Assembly: GCA_043736295.1 (NCBI GenBank)
Contig: JAYTCW010000164.1
Span: forward strand, 223-64,222
Direction: 5' to 3'
From: Planctomycetota bacterium
GTDB lineage: Bacteria; Planctomycetota; Planctomycetia; Planctomycetales; Planctomycetaceae
DNA: 64,000 nucleotides
In this document: positions 1-8,468 of the stretch, piece by piece
How positions within the stretch are numbered: position 1 is the first letter of the stretch
How the letters are laid out: the number at the start of each line of letters is the position of its first letter
Translations under genes and position numbers: made by a program
Notes under the pieces: generated by a model
What the model saw: only the letters and a program-made list of their open reading frames with translations
Told to the model about the DNA's origin: nothing
Database searches by the model: none

Positions 1-555
1 GCGCTGATGGCCCTGCACACCGCCCGCATGGCGAAGATCGATATTCCTCCGGAGACATTCCTGCTGGCGTCGAGCTTCCTCGACTCGGCCCAAGTCGACG
101 CAGCCGATGCCTCGCGCTACCGCTATCGCCCCGATGAGCCATCCCAAAAGGAGCAACTCTGGTCGATGAGTGCCGAGGGCCTGCTCTGCCGCCAGTGGCT
201 CGGCTGGCCCCGTAAGTACCCGGCCTTTGCGAAGGGGCAAGAGTTCCTCACCTCCGAGGTCAACCGACCCGTCTGGGAGGAGGGGCAGCGGAACGTCTAC
301 GCCTGGTACTACACCGCTCAAACCCTACACAACCTCGGCGGCGCCCCCTGGAAAACCTGGTTCACCGACACCCAGACTTTACTCCTCAAACACCAAGCCT
401 CCGGCGGCGGCAAGACCGGCGGCAGCTGGCACCCGTCAAAGCCGAGAGGAGCGTTCCTCGAATGGAGCGAAGGAGCCGGGCGGTTGTACTTCACCGTGAT
501 GTGCGTCCTGATCCTGGAGACCCCGGAGCGGCACGCTCCGATCTATGGGGAGTGA
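1..555 (+). CDS. C-terminal fragment of a prenyltransferase/squalene-oxidase-repeat-like (alpha/alpha toroid) protein; 5' end lies outside the window
   Basis: Frame 1 is open from nt 1 (gcg ctg atg ...) to the stop at 553-555. Motifs QWLGWP, NVYAWYYTAQTLHNLGG and GGSWHP resemble the terpenoid-cyclase-fold repeat proteins common in planctomycetes. Family call is from memory, not searched. Confidence 0.45.
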   Translation, partial: ALMALHTARMAKIDIPPETFLLASSFLDSAQVDAADASRYRYRPDEPSQKEQLWSMSAEGLLCRQWLGWPRKYPAFAKGQEFLTSEVNRPVWEEGQRNVYAWYYTAQTLHNLGGAPWKTWFTDTQTLLLKHQASGGGKTGGSWHPSKPRGAFLEWSEGAGRLYFTVMCVLILETPERHAPIYGE

Positions 556-569
556 TTTTCGAGATCCAA

Positions 570-929
570 TCACGGGGCAGGCAGTGGTCGGATTCTGATC
601 CGAGACTCCTCAATCACAAAGAGATGTCCGGTCCAATCGGCTCGCTCCGCCAGAATTTGGACAACTCGGTCACGAACGTATTCCGGGGATTGCATTTTCA
701 GGCGGAACAGGATGACCCCACACATGGCTGGCAGCCCCCAGCGAAAGGCGAGTTCGCCGAAGTCCTTATCAAAGGTCACAACCAGCCGCTGATCGTCTTG
801 GGACTTTTGCAGAATCACGTCGTCTGCGGCACCGGCCATGTCGGTGCGAGCCCACAACACGTCATATCCCGCGTCTCGCAGAGCGGTCACAGCCAACGAC
901 GGGAAGTTCTCGTTGGCCAACAATTTCAT
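570..929 (-). CDS. DUF5615-type PIN-like toxin of a type II toxin-antitoxin pair
   Basis: MKLLANENFP...VVTFDKDFGEL is typical of DUF5615/Mut7-C-like PIN proteins. I chose the ATG at 929-927, which overlaps the upstream stop by 4 nt (ATGA), not the ORF-track start at 992. Confidence 0.65.
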   Translation of the reverse strand: MKLLANENFPSLAVTALRDAGYDVLWARTDMAGAADDVILQKSQDDQRLVVTFDKDFGELAFRWGLPAMCGVILFRLKMQSPEYVRDRVVQILAERADWTGHLFVIEESRIRIRPLPAP

Positions 930-1162
930 GATGTCGCCAATGTCAGATAGATCCGCTCGGACTTGAGCATGTTCGTTGCATAATGCAGGCAAGCCGAAAT
1001 GTCGAGATGAGTCAGTCCAGGATAATTCTCCAAAATCTGCTGTTCAGACCAATTGTTCGCGAGCAGTTCCATGACGAACTCGACTGCGATTCGAGTCCCA
1101 CGAATCACCGGTTTTCCGACCAGCACTCGAGGATTGATCTCAATGTGATCTTCCCAGTTCAT
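926..1162 (-). CDS. DUF433 antitoxin-like protein
   Basis: 78-aa ORF with INPRVLVGKPVIRGTRIAVEFVMELL...ILENYPGLT, the classic DUF433 pattern. Its stop overlaps the DUF5615 start. Confidence 0.7.
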   Translation of the reverse strand: MNWEDHIEINPRVLVGKPVIRGTRIAVEFVMELLANNWSEQQILENYPGLTHLDISACLHYATNMLKSERIYLTLATS

Positions 1163-1345
1163 ACGTCACCTCCACTGGTGATGTTATCGAAAACGCTTGC
1201 ATTTTACAGCTCCTTTGGGATTGCGATCACCACATTCATCTTCCCGATAGCCTCCTTCGTCTGTGTTTTCATCGAGATCGGAAATCTCGCTCGCACTCCA
1301 CATGACGGCCAACCACTCTTCCCCCTATGATTCTGCCATCGTCCC

Positions 1346-3220
1346 GTGTCGTTACTGGTGTCGTTGGTGTCCGCTTCTTCTCCCGCTGTCTCTGTGCAGT
1401 CTGCTGCTCCATCAGGTGCCTCGCCGCCGTCGAACTGGGTGCTGCTGCGCCGGTTGATTGCGATTGGGTTCGAGTACCGGCGCGGGTGCTTCGAGATGAT
1501 CGCGATGCACCTGGGGCTGGTGACGCTGACCTTGAGCGGGCTGGGACTGACGGGGCTGGGGATTGATTACATTCGGTCGGTGATTGAGCCGGGGAGTGCG
1601 GCTCCGACATGGCCGCTGGGACTTCGGCCTCCCACAAGCTGGACTCCCATGCAGGTCGTCATCGCCATCGCAGCGGCGGTGATGGCCTCCGGGTTGTTGA
1701 CGGCACTACTGAGGTACTTCGCAGCTTTGGCAGCGGCACGGCTCACGCAGCGGATCTTGTTGCGGTTGCGGTCCGATGTGTATGCCAAGCTGCAGCGGCT
1801 CAACTTTCACTTCTACGATTCCGGCGAGAGCAGCTCGATCATCAACCGGGCGGCGGGAGACGTGAACTCAGTCCGCAGCTTCGTCGACGGGGTCATCATT
1901 AAGGTGCTGTCGGTGCTGCTGACCCTGGCGGTGTATCTGGCATACATGCTGCGCGTACACGTGCCGCTGACGGTGGTGTGCCTGTGTACGACTCCGCTGC
2001 TGTGGTTTGGGGCCAGCCGGTTCTCTCGCATTGTGCAGCCCGCGTATCGGCGGGCGAGCGAACTCGGCGATGCGATGGTACGGACGCTGGTCGAGAACTT
2101 GCAGGGCATCCACGTCGTCAAGGGTTTCGCCCGCGAGCCCGAGGAGATCGAACGCTTCCGCCAGGCCAACGACGCCATTCAACACGAGAAGGAGTCGATC
2201 TTCCGCCTACTCAGTACGTGGCAGCCGACCATCGGGTTCCTCACCCAGATCAACATGCTGATCTTGATCGGGTATGGCGGCTGGCTGGTGATCCAGGGGG
2301 AGATGGCACTCGGATCGGGTCTGTTCGTGTTCGCCAATCTGCTGCATGAGTTCGCCAATCAAGTCGGTCAAATCACAGCTGTGGCGAACACGATCCAGGC
2401 GAGTCTGGTGGGGGCGCAGCGGGTGTTCGAGGTACTCGATTCGCCGGTGCAGATCGTCAGCCCGCCGGACGCGGTGACCTTGCCACGGGCGAGGGGAGAG
2501 ATCGCCTTCGACCATGTCACGTTCGGGTACAAGCCCGAGAGTCCCGTACTACGCGATGTGACGTTCACGATCCAACCGGGGGAGTGCCTGGCCATTACGG
2601 GGGAAACCGGTTCGGGAAAAAGCACGCTGCTGAGCCTCATCATGCGGTTCTACGATGCAGATCAAGGAGCGGTTCGGGTCGATGGCCACGAAGTGCGGGC
2701 ACTGGAGATCGACTCGCTGCGGCGGAACATCGGGCTGGTGTTTCAGGAAGCGTTCCTGTTCAGTCACACGGTGGCGGCGAACATCGCCTTCGGTCGACCC
2801 GATGCCACGGATGAGGAGATCGCAAGAGCTGCGCGAATCGCGTGTGCGGATCGGTTCGTGGAAGAGATGCCGGAGCGGTACGACACCGTTGTGGGTGAAC
2901 ACGGAGCGAACCTCTCGGGCGGCCAGCGGCAACGCCTCTCGATCGCGCGAGCTCTACTCCTCGACCCGCCGATCTTGCTGTTCGATGACGCGACCGCCTC
3001 CGTCGACCCCGAGACCGAACACGAAATCCGCGAGGCCCTCGAATCCGCCATGCAGGGCCGGACCTCGATCGTCGTCTCGAATCGGCTGAGTACGCTCCGC
3101 CGCGCGGACCGAGTGTTGATCCTGGAGAACGGCCGCATCTCCGCTATCGGGACACACGTGGACCTGATGCAGACGAGTCCGTATTACCGCCGTTTGGCCG
3201 AACTGCAATTCGGGTTGTGA
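1346..3220 (+). CDS. ABC exporter, fused permease + ATPase (MsbA/ABCB-like half transporter), without a C39 peptidase domain
   Basis: Hydrophobic N-terminal half, then Walker A GETGSGKST, signature LSGGQRQRLSIARAL and Walker B ILLFDDATASVD. The ORF starts at GTG 1346; the exact start is uncertain. Confidence 0.9.
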   Translation: MSLLVSLVSASSPAVSVQSAAPSGASPPSNWVLLRRLIAIGFEYRRGCFEMIAMHLGLVTLTLSGLGLTGLGIDYIRSVIEPGSAAPTWPLGLRPPTSWTPMQVVIAIAAAVMASGLLTALLRYFAALAAARLTQRILLRLRSDVYAKLQRLNFHFYDSGESSSIINRAAGDVNSVRSFVDGVIIKVLSVLLTLAVYLAYMLRVHVPLTVVCLCTTPLLWFGASRFSRIVQPAYRRASELGDAMVRTLVENLQGIHVVKGFAREPEEIERFRQANDAIQHEKESIFRLLSTWQPTIGFLTQINMLILIGYGGWLVIQGEMALGSGLFVFANLLHEFANQVGQITAVANTIQASLVGAQRVFEVLDSPVQIVSPPDAVTLPRARGEIAFDHVTFGYKPESPVLRDVTFTIQPGECLAITGETGSGKSTLLSLIMRFYDADQGAVRVDGHEVRALEIDSLRRNIGLVFQEAFLFSHTVAANIAFGRPDATDEEIARAARIACADRFVEEMPERYDTVVGEHGANLSGGQRQRLSIARALLLDPPILLFDDATASVDPETEHEIREALESAMQGRTSIVVSNRLSTLRRADRVLILENGRISAIGTHVDLMQTSPYYRRLAELQFGL

Positions 3221-3324
3221 GCGGCACTGCGCTAGCCGCCGGTTCCCCGGGCCGTTGTTCGTTGGGGAACTCTGCGTTCTGGTGGCACAGCGGTTTGAAG
3301 AACCGGCGGCTCGCGCCTTGCCGC

Positions 3325-5457
3325 TCATTGCGGGTCGACCAGTGCGCGGGTCCAGTCTCGCACGGCACTGGTTAGTTGCTGGGCAATCGTGCGGCGTCCA
3401 CTGAGTGGGGCGGCGCTGGCTTGTTGACCGGCGAAGACGTTAGAAGAAGCGGCGGCATCGAGCTTCGCTCGTAGCAGGAATCGCGGTTCGCTGAGCTTCA
3501 CGCCCTCGTCATCAGCGTCCGCCGAACTGGCGACCACATCGACCTCGCCGCCATGCACTGCGGATAACGCCGGGTGAGGTAATCGCGTCGAAGCTCGTGG
3601 TTCGAGAGACAGACTCGCCGAAGCCGCTGGGCCGGTCCCTCGAATACGCAGGTCAGCTGAGTGGATGTCGGCGACCGAGAATGCTTCCAGGTCGCGCTGG
3701 TCGACACTGGCGAGCACCTCTTTACGAGCATCATCACCAATCACCAGCAATTCGGTTCCCTCCTTGAGATAGTTCCCGATCTGCTGGTCGAGTCGGCGGG
3801 CCAGCACGCGCCCCGCCACGGGGGCCTTGATCGACAGAGCGTCGGTCCGGAGGTACGCCTCGGCGAGCTGTTCCTTGAGGGCTTGCTGATTGCGAAGTTC
3901 GATCTGTGCCAGCGCCAGTTCCTTGCGGTTGACCTGGCCAATTCGCTTCGCTTCGGATTGCTGGATGGCCAGTTCAAGGTCCGTGACGCGGGCGTTGAGT
4001 TCCTGGTTGTGCAGGATGACCAGCTCGTCACCGGCCTCGACGGTCTGCCCGTTGGTCACGAGGATCTCTTGAACGAATCCCGCGGAGGAGACTCGGACGA
4101 CTTCGAGGTCCGCATAGTCGACGATCCCCGGTGCGTGTCGTTGAAACGGACTCGGCAAGTGAAACACCAATGCTCCCACACACACCGCTGTCAGCGATCC
4201 CAGCAGCACCGCGCGACTGGCACTCCACCGATCGCGACGCCAGCGCGTCACCAGCGAGACCAGCAAATCAATCACCGGCTTCACGTACCACAGCAGTATC
4301 GCCCCGATCGCAATCGCCAAACCCGCCCCGCGAAACATCACAGCGGCCCCGGCGAGCAGCGAGGCCGAGACGGTGACTCGCCACATGGAGGAGAGCAGGG
4401 CGTAGCTGCGAATGACAGCTCCCTGGAACCCCGAGGGGACGGGAACGGCGCGTAGCTCTCCGTAGAAGAACCGAGCATAGCGGGACTGGAGCCAGCGGCT
4501 GGCGGTCGTGCTCAGGTTCGAGATATCGAGCAGGTCTTCGAGAATGAAATAGCCGTCGAACCGCATCAGCGGATTGATGTTGAAGATCAATGTCGTCAGG
4601 CTCGCGCTGACGACGATGTTGTGCAGCAAATGCCGCGCAAAGGGGGTCGTCGCTTGCGTCCAGCAGAGCGCCGCGATGGCGGCAACCGTCAGCTCGACCA
4701 GGATTCCTCCAGCGGCCACGTGCATCCGCTGCCAGCGCGAGCGAAAGCCAAGCGATGAGGTCACATCGACATAGGCCATCGGGGCGAACAGGACGAAGAC
4801 GACCCCCATCTCGGTCACGCGGCCCCCGTGAGAGCGGCAGGCCAGCCCGTGTCCGATCTCGTGGACCACTTTGAGCGCGACCCAGACGATCGCCAGCAGC
4901 AGCCAGTTGTGAGAGGAGAAGACCTGCCGCGAGTCGGCCCAGAACGCTTCGGCATGTCCCGCCAGGACGACACCCGCCGCGATCCACAGAGCGGCCATTG
5001 CCATGATCGCCGGGCCGGTGAAGAGCCAGCGAGTCCACGGTAGTAACAGGTCTAGTAGTCGCTCGGGGCGGAGCAGCGGGAGCTTCATCCAGAACGGATT
5101 GAACAGCGAACTGAGCGAGGCGAGCTTCGTAGTCGTGGACTCGATCGAGCCCTCGGTCGGAGTCGCGAGTCGGGTCTCGACGAGCCACAGGCAGATACTC
5201 GTTGCTTCCGACTCCGAGAACGCTTCGTGGCCAAGTGTCCGCGATGCAATCGTCACGGCCTCCGCCAGCGAGGTCCGCCCATCGAGCAGCGAGATTAACA
5301 CATATTCGGCTCGCCCCACTCGGTAAAACCGGACAGCGACCGGGTCTTCGAGTTGATATGACACCCCATCGACGGTCGGCACCGGTCGGACGATCACATC
5401 GTCCCGGAGTTTGAGCCGGGTCCGGTCGAGTTCACGGGTGCTGAGGTTGAGTTGCAT
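3325..5457 (-). CDS. PqqD-like N-domain / M50 site-2-protease membrane domain / HlyD-type adaptor fusion protein
   Basis: N-terminus FYRVGRAEYVLISLLDGRTSLAEAV...ICLWLVETRLA resembles PqqD/RRE. HEIGH plus NINPLMRFDGY are the two S2P/M50 motifs, set within multiple TM segments. The C-terminal half has split lipoyl-like halves around a coiled coil (GFVQEILVTNGQTVEAGDELV ... IKAPVAGRVLARR), as in membrane-fusion proteins. Confidence 0.8.
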   Translation of the reverse strand: MQLNLSTRELDRTRLKLRDDVIVRPVPTVDGVSYQLEDPVAVRFYRVGRAEYVLISLLDGRTSLAEAVTIASRTLGHEAFSESEATSICLWLVETRLATPTEGSIESTTTKLASLSSLFNPFWMKLPLLRPERLLDLLLPWTRWLFTGPAIMAMAALWIAAGVVLAGHAEAFWADSRQVFSSHNWLLLAIVWVALKVVHEIGHGLACRSHGGRVTEMGVVFVLFAPMAYVDVTSSLGFRSRWQRMHVAAGGILVELTVAAIAALCWTQATTPFARHLLHNIVVSASLTTLIFNINPLMRFDGYFILEDLLDISNLSTTASRWLQSRYARFFYGELRAVPVPSGFQGAVIRSYALLSSMWRVTVSASLLAGAAVMFRGAGLAIAIGAILLWYVKPVIDLLVSLVTRWRRDRWSASRAVLLGSLTAVCVGALVFHLPSPFQRHAPGIVDYADLEVVRVSSAGFVQEILVTNGQTVEAGDELVILHNQELNARVTDLELAIQQSEAKRIGQVNRKELALAQIELRNQQALKEQLAEAYLRTDALSIKAPVAGRVLARRLDQQIGNYLKEGTELLVIGDDARKEVLASVDQRDLEAFSVADIHSADLRIRGTGPAASASLSLEPRASTRLPHPALSAVHGGEVDVVASSADADDEGVKLSEPRFLLRAKLDAAASSNVFAGQQASAAPLSGRRTIAQQLTSAVRDWTRALVDPQ

Positions 5458-5520
5458 AGGGGTAGGGCTAATTCACCACGGAGACACGGAGGAGCCATGC
5501 CTGCCACACGAGATACTCTG

Positions 5521-5622
5521 ATCTGTGCTGATCTGTGAAATCTGTATACGGCCACTTCCACATGAACTGCTGAGTGCAAAGTTCAGTGAATTGGTACACA
5601 GATTTCACAGATTGACACAGAT
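5521..5622. promoter_or_regulatory. Inverted array of phased ATCTGTG heptads in an AT-rich intercistronic spacer (operator array or RNA hairpin)
   Basis: Left arm ATCTGTGctgATCTGTGaaATCTGT (5521-5545); right arm ACAGATttCACAGATtgaCACAGAT (5598-5622). 22 of 25 positions are complementary and the heptads are spaced 9-10 nt. By hand count, 5521-5640 has 47/120 G+C, against about 63% in the flanking CDS. Confidence 0.6.
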
Positions 5623-5667
5623 TTATTTTTCTGATGGATTGAGTCTTCACGGAGGTTACGCCAAGCA

Positions 5668-7545
5668 TCACCAGCCAATCCAGAATCGCACTTGATCGAT
5701 GGCCTTGTGGAACAGGTTCCAGCCCAAGGGGTGTTTCGCGGTCTCGATTTTGGCCCGCCCCTTCATGCCAGGGCGGAGGAGGCTGAACTCGTTGGCGAAC
5801 TTCACTTCGGCGACGAAGACGTAGTCCTCGTCGACGAGTTCTGATCGCGGATGAATCCGCTCAATCGTCCCCATCCAAGTCCGGTCGGGCAGGGCGTTGA
5901 GGACCGCCTCGACCGACTGGCCCACCACGACATGCCCGATGTCCTCTTCGGGGATGCTGATCTCCAGCACCATCTCTTCCAACGGGGCGATCTCGAACAG
6001 CGTCTGTCCCGTGGTGAGTGGGGCTCCCTCGGCTTTGCGGAGGTCGCCGCTGATGATGACTCCAGCAACTGGGCTGCGGATTTCGAGTTGCTCGCTGCGC
6101 TGGCGGAGGACGGTCGCCTTGGCGGTCATGCGGGCCATTTCGAGTCGCGACACCTGGGCCGCGTTGATCTCTTTCTCCGCTAGGTGCCCGTCGCGCTCTT
6201 TCGCCGCCCGGTCGACCTCAGCTGTGGCTCCGGAGAGTTCCCAGCGGATCTCCTCGCCGTCGAGGCGGGCGAGGACTTGCCCAGCTGTGACCTCATCACC
6301 GGGCTCGACATCAGCGTGCAGCAGTCGGGCGTCGAAGGGGGCAGCGATGTACCGCAGCGACACCGGGTGGACCTCGCATCCGCCCCGGACCGAGTAGGGG
6401 AACGGGACGCACAGACCCGCCGCCAGCAAGAGGCATCCCAGCGCGATCAGTTGGCCCTTGCGTTGCCGCATTGATTGGGAGACATGGCTCCAGGTTCTGG
6501 CGATCCGCCCTTGCTCCCCACGCCGCAAAGTGCGAAGTGCTGCACCCATCAGCGGGGCCGCAGCCTGCATAAAGCCCGCCGTGGACGCAACTTGATCCGT
6601 GTTGCTGACGATGGCGATCCAGGCCCCGACGGTCTCTCCCTCATGAGTTCTCAGTGGCACCGAGACGACCGACTCGGCATTCCAGCGCAGGGCCAACTGC
6701 TTATGAGTCGCCAGCGAATGCCGTGTCGCTCCCGCAGGAGGAGGCCAGATTCCGATCTCGCCGCGTAACAGACACTCATCGAGAGTTGCTTCAAGAAACG
6801 AGTCACGCTTCTCGGGTGAGACGTTCCCTTCACTGCGACTGACGGCGGTGAGGCGACAGCCGGGCTGGCCGGGGCGAACCAGCGCCACGGCCATCTGTTG
6901 CACTCTCAGATGACGAGATGCCTCATCGCACAGCACCTGTCCAGCGGTCGTGACGTCCGTCGCAGATTGGACTCGCGCCGCGAGATCGACAATCGCGGCT
7001 GTGGCGGACACCTCGCGATCGAGAGTGATCGCCCCGGCTCGAAGATCGAACATCGCCACAGTCGACACCGCGAGTTCGACCACAGTGGTCAGCACATCGG
7101 GCGGAGCGGAGGGAGCCAAGAAGAGCGCGAGCAGCACCTCCGGCAGTGGGCCCGTGGTGATCGGCACACTCACCAGCAACTGAGTCGGAGGACGGCCAAT
7201 TCGACCGGCTCGTGTCTGGCGGTCCTGACAGGCCGCCATGGAAAACTCGCGAAAGCTTTTCGTCGTTAGCTCAGGTAATCCGGCAATCGGATGCAGGATT
7301 CCGTCGAGAGCCACTTGACCCTGCGCATCGGGGCGACCAATCACGAGAATGTCGGCCCGTACCGTGTCGGTCAGGACTCTCGCGATTCGTGCAATCAGGT
7401 CAGCACGACCCGTAGACTGGGATGCCGCCTCACTGAAGCGGGCTTGCAGTGTCCGCAGTCTCTCCGTGTCGGGGCGTCGCTGTACGGCTGCGGCCTCGGG
7501 TGGAGTGCTGGTAGGCACGGGAGTGACCGGCGACGAAGAACTCAT
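5668..7545 (-). CDS. GAF-domain-containing HlyD-family adaptor (cytoplasmic sensor region + TM + membrane-fusion-protein domain)
   Basis: About 360 N-terminal residues show two GAF-like modules, followed by the TM segment LIALGCLLLAAGLCVPFPY. The MFP part includes LLHADVEPGDEVTAGQVLARLDG ... IRSPVAGVIISGDL ... RPGMKGRAKI. The start ATG overlaps the upstream stop (ATGA at 7542-7545). Confidence 0.75.
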   Translation of the reverse strand: MSSSSPVTPVPTSTPPEAAAVQRRPDTERLRTLQARFSEAASQSTGRADLIARIARVLTDTVRADILVIGRPDAQGQVALDGILHPIAGLPELTTKSFREFSMAACQDRQTRAGRIGRPPTQLLVSVPITTGPLPEVLLALFLAPSAPPDVLTTVVELAVSTVAMFDLRAGAITLDREVSATAAIVDLAARVQSATDVTTAGQVLCDEASRHLRVQQMAVALVRPGQPGCRLTAVSRSEGNVSPEKRDSFLEATLDECLLRGEIGIWPPPAGATRHSLATHKQLALRWNAESVVSVPLRTHEGETVGAWIAIVSNTDQVASTAGFMQAAAPLMGAALRTLRRGEQGRIARTWSHVSQSMRQRKGQLIALGCLLLAAGLCVPFPYSVRGGCEVHPVSLRYIAAPFDARLLHADVEPGDEVTAGQVLARLDGEEIRWELSGATAEVDRAAKERDGHLAEKEINAAQVSRLEMARMTAKATVLRQRSEQLEIRSPVAGVIISGDLRKAEGAPLTTGQTLFEIAPLEEMVLEISIPEEDIGHVVVGQSVEAVLNALPDRTWMGTIERIHPRSELVDEDYVFVAEVKFANEFSLLRPGMKGRAKIETAKHPLGWNLFHKAIDQVRFWIGW

Positions 7546-8468
7546 CGAACCTTCCCGACTTCCAATCGGCTGGTCTTGATCGGTGGCTTAGCCGTAGGTG
7601 CGGGAGCGGTACCAGCCTTGGGCGGGCCAGCGGTCTCGGCCCTCGGCAGTTCACCATTCACCACCAGCAGGCACTTCTCGCCGCTGCGATAGATGTTCTT
7701 CGAGTTCGGAACTCGCACCTTGATGAGAATCGTTCCGCTCTGAGCATCGATGACGGGAGCGATGTAGTCGACGACTCCCTTGGCGGGGAGACGTGTCTCT
7801 CCGACGAGCATGCTGACCTCGACGTTGGCCTTGAGTTCGTGGCTCAACACGGAGGGCACCGAGTAGATCGCGATCAGCGGGTCGAGTTGAACGACGGTCG
7901 CGATCACCGGATCGTTCACCGAGACGAACTCACCCACATCCCGGTGGACCTTGACGACGACTCCATCAATCGGCGAACGCACATTGCGTTGTTCGAGCTG
8001 GACCTTGATTCGGTCGTACTCTAAGCCTCGAATGAGCAGCTCCTCCTGCACGGCCAACAACTGGGCTTCGGAGACTTCCTTCTCGACCAGACAGCGGTCG
8101 AACTCTTCCTGTGTGGCATGCTTGCGTTCGAGCAACATCTTGAGTTTCTCGCCGCGTTCGGTCCGCAGGCGAATGTCTGCCTGTGCAGAGTTCACTCGCC
8201 CCTTGGCGTTACGACTCCGATCGGCGATCTCGAGCGTCGCATTGAGCAGAGTCTGGTCGAGGGTGCCGAGAATCTGATCCTTTTGGACTCGATCCCCCTC
8301 CTTGACGTTGATCAGGGAGACGATCCCGATATCGGTCGAGGCAACATCAAGATCGCGAAACGGCTCCGTGAAGCCTTCGATCTCGGCTGCCGAGACTGAG
8401 CCCGCCAGCAGGCAAGCAGCGAGTGCCGCGCAGAAACTCATTCGATTCTTGGTCGGTGTCATGTTCAT
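7542..8468 (-). CDS. HlyD/membrane-fusion-protein family periplasmic adaptor with signal/anchor sequence
   Basis: I chose the start at MNMTPTKNRMSFCAALAACLLAGSVSA (ATG 8468-8466), which overlaps the SecA-like stop by ATGA. Lipoyl-like halves are VSLINVKEGDRVQKDQILGTLD and VRSPIDGVVVKVHRDVGEFV, around a coiled coil. Confidence 0.8.
   Translation of the reverse strand: MNMTPTKNRMSFCAALAACLLAGSVSAAEIEGFTEPFRDLDVASTDIGIVSLINVKEGDRVQKDQILGTLDQTLLNATLEIADRSRNAKGRVNSAQADIRLRTERGEKLKMLLERKHATQEEFDRCLVEKEVSEAQLLAVQEELLIRGLEYDRIKVQLEQRNVRSPIDGVVVKVHRDVGEFVSVNDPVIATVVQLDPLIAIYSVPSVLSHELKANVEVSMLVGETRLPAKGVVDYIAPVIDAQSGTILIKVRVPNSKNIYRSGEKCLLVVNGELPRAETAGPPKAGTAPAPTAKPPIKTSRLEVGKVR

Noticed and set aside
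1088-1100. GATTCGAGTCCCA, a tRNA T-arm-like string
   Set aside because: It lies inside the DUF433 coding sequence, and no acceptor stem or anticodon arm can be drawn around it. I found no tRNA anywhere in the window by eye.
1346-3220. ABC exporter as a proven member of the SecA-like/HlyD/TolC operon
   Set aside because: It is on the opposite strand and convergent with the M50-fusion gene (105-nt gap), so co-transcription is impossible. A functional link is plausible but cannot be supported from the sequence alone.
3661-5188. Long alternative-frame and antisense ORFs (3661-4455 plus strand, 4268-5188 minus strand) inside the M50-fusion gene
   Set aside because: Their compositions are Arg/Pro/Gly/Asp-rich and low-complexity. 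The chosen frame has the HEIGH and NPxxxxDG motifs and TM segments.
5485-5538. Plus-strand mini-ORF (GGAGGAGCC ATG ..., 13 codons) in the 5.5-kb spacer
   Set aside because: The spacing between the SD-like GGAGG and the ATG is too short. The ORF runs into the heptad array, and there is no supporting context.
5468-5671. 67-aa minus-strand ORF in the spacer upstream of the PqqD-like/M50 gene, considered as a RiPP-type precursor peptide
   Set aside because: The frame is spanned by a DNA-level inverted heptad array, which explains the sequence better. There is no convincing Shine-Dalgarno, its GTG/ATG start overlaps the upstream stop, and the composition is AT-rich and atypical. I kept it only as a low-probability alternative in the findings.
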